Assembly (NCBI GenBank): GCA_963782055.1
Contig: CAWAIF010000003.1
Coordinates: 6,048,001-6,112,000 of the forward strand
Source of the DNA: an uncultured delta proteobacterium
Lineage (GTDB): Bacteria > Myxococcota_A > Polyangia > Polyangiales > Polyangiaceae
DNA: 64,000 nt
Direction: 5' to 3'
Below the pieces are notes generated by a model. The model was not told the DNA's origin and searched no databases. It worked only from the letters and a program-made list of their open reading frames with translations. A program made the position numbers and the translations under genes. Positions 45,855 to 53,440 of this stretch are shown here, one piece after another (position 1 is the first letter of the stretch; each line of letters begins with the position of its first letter).

Positions 45855-48153
45855 TCAGCGGCCGAGCGCCTCCGCCCGGTTGACGATGCGCGGCGTGAGG
45901 AAGATCACCAGCTCGTTGCGCGAGTCGCTCGCGCGGCGGCGCTGGAAGAGCACGCCCAGGATGGGGATGTCGCCGAAGAAGGGCACCTGATCCAGGTTGC
46001 GGCCGGTGTTGCGGGTGTAGATGCCGCCGATGACCGCGGTGTGGCCGTCCATGACGAGCAGATCGGTCTCCGCCTCGCGCTTGAGGATGGTGGGGTCGCC
46101 GCGCGCCGACGTCTGCGTGAAGTCCGGCTCGTCGCGGTTGATCTTCACGTGCATGGCGACCGAGCCGTCGGCCGTCACGTGCGGGCGCACCAGGAGCTGC
46201 AGCTTGGCCTCCTGGAAGGTGGTCTGCACGCCCTGCGCGCTGATCTGCGCGAACGGAATGAGCGTGCCCTGGTTGATGCGCGCCTCGCGGTTGTCCAGCG
46301 TGAGGATGCGCGGGCTGGAGACGATGCGGATCATGCCGCTCGACTCGGCGGCGGAGAGGCGCACGTTGAGGTTCAGGTTGTTGTCGACCGACCCGAACGT
46401 CAGGCCGAGCGCGCCGCCGGCCCCGGTTCCGACCGCGGCAGGGAGGTTGACCGCGAAGTTGGGGTTGGGGATCTGCCGCTGGAACGGCGAAAGACCCGCG
46501 GTGGGCGACTGCTGGTCGTAGTTACCGCCAGTGACGCCGACGCGCGAGGGGAAGGCGATGCCGGTGGGGTTGCCGGTGGCCTCGCTGAAGGTGGTGTCGC
46601 CACCCCACTGGATGCCGACGTCGCGCAGGTACTTGCTCGTGGCCTCGACGATGCGCGCCTCGACGAGCACCTGCGGGGTCTGCGTGTCGAGCGAGCGCAC
46701 GAGCTCCTCGACGTGGTTCAGGTTGCCGGCGATGTCGCGCGCGATGAGCACGTTGGTGCGCTCGTCGACGGCGATGGACCCGCGCGGGGAGAGCAGGTCC
46801 TTGGCGCGCGCCTGGAGCTCCTCGGCGTTGGCGTAGCTCACCGGGATGAGGCGGGTCTCGAGCGGCGCCAGGTCGAGCTCCTGCTTGGCGGCGGCGAGCT
46901 TGAGCTCGCGCTCCTTCTGCAGCACGGCGATGGGCGCGACGCGGATGATGTTGCCCTGGCGCACCATGCCGAGGCTCTTGGCCTGCAGGACGACGTCGAG
47001 CGCCTGGTCCCACGGCACGTTGCGCATGCGGATGGTGATGTTGCCGGAGACGTCGTCGGCGGTGACGATGTTGACGTGCCCGACGTCCGCCAGCAACCGC
47101 AGGATGTTGTGGATGTCGGCGTCCTTGAGGTCGAGGTCGATGCGCCGCCCGTGGTAGCGCCCCACCTGCGCGTTGACGGTGGACGCGAAGCCCGCCGCCC
47201 CGCCGCCGGTGGTCTTCTCCTCGATGCCGCCGCCGTCCTCGTAGTTGGTGATGACGCGCGGGACGTCGACGGGCTCGTCCTCGCGGGCGACGGTGATGAC
47301 GCGGCGGCCACCACGCGCGGGCCCGGAGATGGGCGAGTCGACGCCGCTCCCGGCCGGCTCGTCGAAGGACCACACCAGCTTGTTGCCCTCCACCGTGACC
47401 TCGCCCTCGGCGGAGCCGGCGCGATTGATCTCGATGATGGCCTTGCCCGCGTGGTTGTCCACGAAGGTGCTGACGGTCCGCAGGAACCCGTGATACGCGC
47501 TCACGTCGAGCGTGCGGAGCAGGGTGTCGGGGACCTTGGTGTTCTTGAGCTCCAGCCGGACCCTGCCGCTAGGCGTGGTGGTGAGCGTGTACGCAGGCAT
47601 GGGCGAGACCGAGATGACGACCCGGTCGTGGCCGCGGCCGACGCCCGCCGGCTGACGCTCGAAGCGCACCTCGGAGAGGGCCGCGCGGTCCGGCTCGGTC
47701 TTCGCGAGCGTGGGTGCGGGCAGGGTGCTCGGCGCGGTGGTCCCCGCGGGCGCGAGGATCAGGTGCAGCGTCGTGCCGTCCACGCGCACCCGGTAGGTGG
47801 CGTCCCTGGTCATGTTGACCAGCACGCGGGCGATCGTCCCCGACCCCGAGCGGTAGGCGCGTGTGAGGACGCCGAAGCCCGAACGGGACAGCGCCTGCGG
47901 CGCGCCGACGACGTCCGCGTTGGAGAGGTCCAGGATCAACCTCTTGCCTCCGGCGTCCGAATCGGACCTGGTACGAGGGCGCGGACGTGCCGACGACCTC
48001 GATGTCGGTCGCCGAGGGTATCCCGTCGGCCGCGTGCACTCTGACGTCCCGCACGTGATTCGGAGCCGCCTGGGCGAGCGCCGAGGCCGGCCAGAGGCCG
48101 AGCGCCGACGATCCCAACATGGCGATGGCTCGCGTTCGTGCTGCCTTCTTCAT
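45855..48153 (-). CDS. pilQ: type IV pilus secretin PilQ (one +1 frameshift near 47960)
   Basis: Signal peptide in the frame starting at 48153; the rest in the frame ending at 45855 (IDLDLKDADI, VPWDQAL, QVLVEARIVE, VPFFGDIPILG, ELVIFLTPRIV). Deleting one base at 47960-47961 gives a 765-aa ORF. Confidence 0.92.
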
Positions 48154-48364
48154 GGCAACTCCTCGCGCCCTTCGGACAGAAGGGCATGCGAGAGGACGGT
48201 AGTCCGGGCATCCGGAGACGGCCCACTTTGTGGCGAAAGTCAGCGCGCGAAGACGCCAGGCAGAGCATTGTCGCCGGCCACCACGCCGCCCGACGCGAGC
48301 GGGAGGATGGGGCGCGGCCGCACGGGAGGGCTCCGGACGCCCGACGCGTGGCGGAGGGCCACGC

Positions 48365-48967
48365 TCAGTTCACGCGCGGCTGGCCGTTCTGGTGGTCGCT
48401 CTCGGGGTGGAGCGGGATGACGCGCGTCGCGGGCGGCACGCCGGGCTGCGCGGGGTCCTCGCGCGTGAGCACGATATCGCCGTCGCGGATGCGGTCGACG
48501 CGCCAGTTGAGCTGGTAGTCGGCGCCGTTGGTGCCTCCGGTGTGCACGGTGTCCGGCCGGCCGATGAAGTCGCCCTTCTTGACCACCCAGCCCTTCGTCG
48601 TCGGGTCGACCAGCATCGCCCGGGGGTAGTCACCGCCGCGGACGATCGCCACCAGCTTGAGCTCGTCGAGCGAGTACTGCGGCAGCACGACGGGGAGCTG
48701 GCGCTCGTGGGTGTGGGACTTTTCCTGGACGAAGAGTTGAGCGAAGGAGCGGAAGGGATCGCGGGAGTGGTCGCTCTCGGTGAACTCGTTCTCGGTGTAC
48801 TCGACCATCGGCCCCTTGGGGGCGAGCGCGCCGGCGTCGGGCGCCTTCTTGGCCGCGCTGCGCTGCGCAGCCGTGGGCGGCGGGGGCATCTTGTTGGCCT
48901 TGCTCCCGCCGCACGCGGCGATGGACGCCGCGGGCAAGAGCACGCAGAGGAGCAGGAGGCGGCGCAT
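48365..48967 (-). CDS. pilP: type IV pilus lipoprotein PilP
   Basis: Lipobox IAAC, RDPF, YSLDELKLVAIV, AMLVDP, VKKGDFIG; position in operon. Confidence 0.85.
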   Translation of the reverse strand: MRRLLLLCVLLPAASIAACGGSKANKMPPPPTAAQRSAAKKAPDAGALAPKGPMVEYTENEFTESDHSRDPFRSFAQLFVQEKSHTHERQLPVVLPQYSLDELKLVAIVRGGDYPRAMLVDPTTKGWVVKKGDFIGRPDTVHTGGTNGADYQLNWRVDRIRDGDIVLTREDPAQPGVPPATRVIPLHPESDHQNGQPRVN

Positions 48968-49611
48968 CACTTCATCCCTCCGGGCGGCGGGCGTCCGCCG
49001 GGCGGCGCCTTGCCGCCGGGCGCCTTCGCCGGCTTGGCGGCCACCGCGTGGAACGTCGTCGCGAGGCACTTGGCCTTCACCTTCACCTCGTCCCCGTCGA
49101 GGTGCGGGTCGCTCATCTCGATGTTCTCGATGTTGATGATGCGCTCCACGCGCCCCGCCTCGTAGGCGAACTTGGCGATCTGGTGGAAGCGGCCGCTCAT
49201 CTCCAGCTTCATGGGGAACTTGGCGTAAAAGGCCTGCTGCTGCTCGTCGAGGGGCTGCCAGGACTTCAGGTCGACGCCGCTCACGTTGGCCACCTGCTGC
49301 AGCGCGGAGAGGAAGGCGGGCGCCTCGGTGTCGGCGGGCAGCTCCTTGTTCAGCTCGCGCTGCTTCTGCTGGCGGAGCGCGAGTTCGTCACGGTCGGCGA
49401 TGTAGGAGGCCTGCGCCTGCTGCTCCTTCGACAGCTCGGACTGGAGGCGCGTGTGCGCGTTGTTCGCCGCCTGGATCTTGGCGGAGATGTCGCTGTAGAA
49501 GACGACCCAGTAGACGAGCGCGACGAGCACGACGCCGATGGCGCCGACGCCGAGCCGGGCGGGGAGTCCGAGCTTCGCGAGCCCGCTGGTCTGCGCGGTG
49601 GAGGTGGCCAT
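48967..49611 (-). CDS. pilO: type IV pilus protein PilO
   Basis: TM segment + coiled coil, ELP..E...L, FYAKFPM, GRFHQI, ERIINI; position in operon. Confidence 0.88.
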   Translation of the reverse strand: MATSTAQTSGLAKLGLPARLGVGAIGVVLVALVYWVVFYSDISAKIQAANNAHTRLQSELSKEQQAQASYIADRDELALRQQKQRELNKELPADTEAPAFLSALQQVANVSGVDLKSWQPLDEQQQAFYAKFPMKLEMSGRFHQIAKFAYEAGRVERIINIENIEMSDPHLDGDEVKVKAKCLATTFHAVAAKPAKAPGGKAPPGGRPPPGGMK

Positions 49612-49612
49612 G

Positions 49613-51325
49613 TCAGTATTTCACCTTCGCGCTGACGGCGAACTGCTTCAGGCTGATGTGGGTGTCCTTGTCGACGACCTCGGTCGCCGGGAGCGGCTTC
49701 ACCTCGTAGAAGAAGTCGCTCAGGGCGAGGCGCCGCAAGAACTCGGCGACGTCCTCGCCGTCGCGGGCGAGGCCCTCGATCTTCACGTTGCGGTCGACCT
49801 CGGAGTACTTGGTGAGCCACAGGCGACGCGGGTCCCAGTTGGGGTTGGGGACGGCGCCCGGGTTGTCGCGCTTGAGCTGCTCCAGCTTGTCGTGGTCGAC
49901 GGTCGGCCCGCGGCCGACGGTGAGGATGCGCGAGAGCTCCAGCAGCACCGACGTGGGGCCGGTGCGCGCGGCCTGCAGCTTCTGGATGGCGTCCTCGCGG
50001 TCGCGGAGCTGCGCGAGCTCGGCCTTGATCTTCGGGTGGTCCGCCGTGTCCTTCTTGATCTTGTCGATGCTGGTCTGCAGGTCGGTGTTGTCGCCGTTGA
50101 TGCGGGTGAGGGTCGTCTGCTGCGAGCTGTGGAAGAAGGCGAGGCCCGCGATCTCCAGGAGCATCGCCAGGACGACGAGGCCGACCCACGCCTGGCCGCC
50201 CGCCCCGGTGGAGGCGCGGCGGGAGGTCTCCTTGCGCTGCGCGAGGAGGTTGATGCGGACGCGGCGCGTCTCCAGGTCGCGGCGCTCCTTGTCGGCGCGC
50301 AGGGCGAGGCCCACGGCCACACAGAGCTGCGGCGAGCGGGAGCGGAGCTCCGCCTCGTTCACGGTCTTCGGGTCGACGGCGAGGTTGGCGAGCGGGTCGA
50401 GCACCATCACCGGCACGCGCGCGCGCTTCTCGACGGCCTGCACGAGCGGCTGCAGGAAGGCGCTGCCGCCGCACACGTAGACCCGGTGGATCTCCGTCTC
50501 GCCGCTGGTCGCGAGATAGAAGTCGAGGGAGCGCTGGATCTCGCCGGCGAGCGAGTCGCACGCCTGCAGGATGACCTGCATCACCTGCGGGGGGGCCTGG
50601 CCGTGCGCGGCGCCGAGCTTGTACTGCTCGGCCTGGTCGAAGGGCACGCCGAGCTGGCGCTGGATCTCCTCGGTGATGGTGTTGCCGGCGTTGGTGACCT
50701 CGCGCGTGAAGGCGGAGACGCCGCGCGAGACGATGTTGAGCGAGGAGACGGTGGCGCCGATGTTGAGGAGCGCGACGGTCTGATCGTCCGGCAGGCCGTG
50801 GATGTACTCGAAGACGTTCTGGACGGTGAACGCGTTGATGTCGACGACGGTCGGCTTGATGCGAGCTTCCTTGACGATGCTCGCGTAGTCGTTGATCTCG
50901 TCCTTCTTCGCGGCGACGAGGAGGAGATCCATCTGCCCGGCCTCCGGCCGCCGGCGCAGGACCTCGTAGTCGATGTTCATCACCTTGATGTCGAAGGGGA
51001 TGTGCTGCTCCGCCTCCCAGGTGATCTGCTCGGCCAGCTCCGCGTTCGTCATGAGCGGCACTGTGATCTTGCGCACGATGACGCTCTGGCCGTACACGCC
51101 GATGGCGCACTCCTTCTGGGGGATCCGCTGCTCGCGGAACAGGCGCGAGATCGCCTCCAGCACCGCGGGGCGGTTCATCACGTGCCCGTCGACGATCGTC
51201 TGCGGGGGCAGCGGCATGTAGCCGTAGCGCACGACGGTCAGCCGCTTCCGGGCTTCCTTGAGGAGCACCACCTTGATGGAGCTCGCCCCGATGTCGACTC
51301 CGACCAGGTTCTTGCCTTCGGCCAT
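49613..51325 (-). CDS. pilMN: PilM-PilN fusion protein
   Basis: PilM motifs VGVDIGASSIK, EAEQHIPFD, LNIGA, EIQRSLDFY, VAVGLALR continue in frame into PilN RINLL + TM + coiled coil + LWLT..IEG.A. No stop or start codon at the junction. Confidence 0.9.
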   Translation of the reverse strand: MAEGKNLVGVDIGASSIKVVLLKEARKRLTVVRYGYMPLPPQTIVDGHVMNRPAVLEAISRLFREQRIPQKECAIGVYGQSVIVRKITVPLMTNAELAEQITWEAEQHIPFDIKVMNIDYEVLRRRPEAGQMDLLLVAAKKDEINDYASIVKEARIKPTVVDINAFTVQNVFEYIHGLPDDQTVALLNIGATVSSLNIVSRGVSAFTREVTNAGNTITEEIQRQLGVPFDQAEQYKLGAAHGQAPPQVMQVILQACDSLAGEIQRSLDFYLATSGETEIHRVYVCGGSAFLQPLVQAVEKRARVPVMVLDPLANLAVDPKTVNEAELRSRSPQLCVAVGLALRADKERRDLETRRVRINLLAQRKETSRRASTGAGGQAWVGLVVLAMLLEIAGLAFFHSSQQTTLTRINGDNTDLQTSIDKIKKDTADHPKIKAELAQLRDREDAIQKLQAARTGPTSVLLELSRILTVGRGPTVDHDKLEQLKRDNPGAVPNPNWDPRRLWLTKYSEVDRNVKIEGLARDGEDVAEFLRRLALSDFFYEVKPLPATEVVDKDTHISLKQFAVSAKVKY

Positions 51326-51372
51326 GCTGGTTCGTGCTTTCCGGCGAAGCGGTCCGACCGCGTTCGGACGTA

Positions 51373-51402
51373 AGTGTGGCACCCCCGTTCGGCGTCGGTC
51401 AA
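51373..51402 (-). promoter_or_regulatory. candidate sigma70 promoter of the pil operon
   Basis: Minus strand TTGACC-N18-CACACT with an extended TG, preceded by a T run. Confidence 0.4.
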
Positions 51403-51455
51403 AAAAGAGCGCCCTGAGCATTGGAGCGTCGGGCCGCTTGAGGTATGGACGCTCC

Positions 51456-52472
51456 ATGCAGTTTGCACGGATCGCGGCGGTGGCGGCGGCTCTCGGGCTG
51501 ACCGCGGTGGCCCCCCGCGCCGGGGCCGACGTGACCCACGTGGTGGCCCGGGGCCACACGCTGACGGCCATCGCCCACCGCTACCACGTGACGGTCAAGG
51601 CCATCATGACCCGCAACCACATCAAGGACGCGCGGCACCTGCGGATCGGCCGGGTTCTGGTGATTCCGGGCGTGAACCCCACCCGGGAGCAGCACGGCCA
51701 CGGCGCCAAGGCCTCCCATGGGCACACCCGCCCACACAGCTACGCCACCCGCGCCAAGACGCCGGGCGTGGTCCACCTGAAGCGCCTGGCCACCGACGAG
51801 AAGGCCACCGTCCGGCTGCTGGACCGCCGCCGACGCGTCCCGCCGACAGCCCTCAAGCGGATGCGCCACATGATGCGCTACCCCGACGGGGAGACGCACG
51901 CCATCGACGGGCGGCTGCTGGCCCTGCTGGCGATCGTCTCCGATCACTTCGGCAGCAGGCCCATCGAGATCATCAGCGGGTTCCGGCCCTACCGGCCCAC
52001 CCAGTACACCCCGCACTCCAAGCACAACATCGGCCACGCCGTCGATTTCCGCGTGGTGGGCGTGCCCAACGAGGCCGTGCGCGATTTCTGCCGGACGCTG
52101 CACAACACCGGCTGCGGCTACTACCCCAACAGCGTCTTCGTCCACATGGACAGCCGGAGCGCGCCGGCCTACTGGGTCGACTACGCGCGCCCGGGGGAGC
52201 CGCCCAAGTACGACAAGCCCAACTCCGGGGCGGACGAGAGCGGCTCGGATGTCGCCAACGAGCAGCACATCGCCGCGCCCAAGGAGCCGGATGGCGCCGC
52301 TGCGGACCCATCGCGGCAGGGCGACAGTCCTCCGCCGGACGCGAAGGACTCGGACGACGGGAAGACCGACACGCCGGCCAACGCGCCCGCGGACGGAAAG
52401 AACAGCGCTCCGCCCCCTGCCGCCTCGGCCTCGGGGTCAGCCGCGACCCCCCCGCCGAAGCCGAGCCACTAG
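51456..52472 (+). CDS. LysM + DUF882/peptidase M15A (YcbK/MepK-like) cell-wall peptidase
   Basis: LysM HVVARGHTLTAIAHRY..LRIGRVLVIP; IISGFR, SKH..G.AVDF, GCGYYP..FVHMD. Confidence 0.88.
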   Translation: MQFARIAAVAAALGLTAVAPRAGADVTHVVARGHTLTAIAHRYHVTVKAIMTRNHIKDARHLRIGRVLVIPGVNPTREQHGHGAKASHGHTRPHSYATRAKTPGVVHLKRLATDEKATVRLLDRRRRVPPTALKRMRHMMRYPDGETHAIDGRLLALLAIVSDHFGSRPIEIISGFRPYRPTQYTPHSKHNIGHAVDFRVVGVPNEAVRDFCRTLHNTGCGYYPNSVFVHMDSRSAPAYWVDYARPGEPPKYDKPNSGADESGSDVANEQHIAAPKEPDGAAADPSRQGDSPPPDAKDSDDGKTDTPANAPADGKNSAPPPAASASGSAATPPPKPSH

Positions 52473-52773
52473 CGGCCAGGCGTGCCGAGAGCGGGGGCCC
52501 CTCCCCATTTTCCGGGCAAATGCTTGATTGCTAGCGTGCTTGCAATGGACGGAACACATACCGTCCGTTCGGACGGATACTCCTTTGGCGGGTGTGGTCA
52601 CGTCCGATTGTCAGCAGGCTTGCAGTGGGACGGGTGAAAGCGCGGGTGGGGGCGAGGGGGGGCTGCTGCGTGAGTCATTCGTGACCTGGCAGGCTGGGGG
52701 TTTGTGGTCACCAGCGACCGCAATCGGTCGGCCTGGCGGCCGTAAGATACTGAGAATAGGCGTTAATGTTGCT

Positions 52774-52789
52774 TGGCACGCTTGTCGCA
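52774..52789 (+). promoter_or_regulatory. sigma54-type -24/-12 promoter
   Basis: TGGCACGCTTGTCGCA: consensus TGGCACG box with GG-N10-GC spacing, about 30 nt upstream of the ATG at 52819. Confidence 0.65.
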
Positions 52790-52818
52790 ATACCTCCTCC
52801 GCGAAAGGCAAGGATGCG

Positions 52819-53418
52819 ATGACCGCCCAGCTTCACAACCCCACGGCCCACGAGGTCACTCAGTTTCTTCCGCTCGTCTACAAGACGGTCGCGCGGATGG
52901 CCGGGCGTCTTCCTCCCAACGTGCTCCGCGACAATCTCATCGCCGCCGGCACCTACGGCCTGCTCGACTCCCTGCGTCGTGATGGCGGCGAGCGCGGCCC
53001 GCAGTTCGAGTGGTACGCCCGCATCCGCATCAAGGGGGCCATCGTCGACGAGCTGCGCGCCCAGGACTGGCTGTCGCGGCGGGCACGCGGCCGCGTGACC
53101 GCGGCCGGCAAGAGCGAGACCCCGTCGGAGCGTGCCACCGTCGTCGGCTTCGACGACCTGCCGGGCCGCAGCGGCGCCAACCTGACCGACGCCAACGACC
53201 CGTCCCCGTCCGACCTCGTGGAGGAGCAGGCCGAGCGCCGCGCCCTGCGCGAGGCGGTGGGCGAGCTGCCCGAGCGCGAGCGCTACATCGTCTCGATGCA
53301 CTACTTCGAGGGCGTGCAGCTCAAGGACATCGCCCGCAAGCTCGGCGTGAGCGAGCCGCGCGTGTCGCAGCTCCACGCCCGCGCCGTCTCGATGCTGCGG
53401 CAGAAGATGGCGGCCTGA
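52819..53418 (+). CDS. FliA/WhiG-like sigma70 factor, shortened (199 aa)
   Basis: Region 2 LPLV..RLP..G.YGL..YARIRIKGAIVDELR.QDW; region 4 LPERER..KDIA..LGVSEPRVSQLH. Confidence 0.88.
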   Translation: MTAQLHNPTAHEVTQFLPLVYKTVARMAGRLPPNVLRDNLIAAGTYGLLDSLRRDGGERGPQFEWYARIRIKGAIVDELRAQDWLSRRARGRVTAAGKSETPSERATVVGFDDLPGRSGANLTDANDPSPSDLVEEQAERRALREAVGELPERERYIVSMHYFEGVQLKDIARKLGVSEPRVSQLHARAVSMLRQKMAA

Positions 53419-53440
53419 GCGCCGCTCCCGCCACCTGGCG

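Noticed and set aside
48154..48364. c-di-GMP/cGAMP (GEMM) riboswitch before pilQ
   Set aside because: I could not find the conserved GNRA tetraloop/receptor or the GCAAA-type core; only a simple RBS hairpin is supportable.
52819..53418. Evidence for flagella from the FliA-like gene
   Set aside because: No flagellar or flgM genes in the window, and the sigma factor is atypically short, so no gene symbol was assigned.
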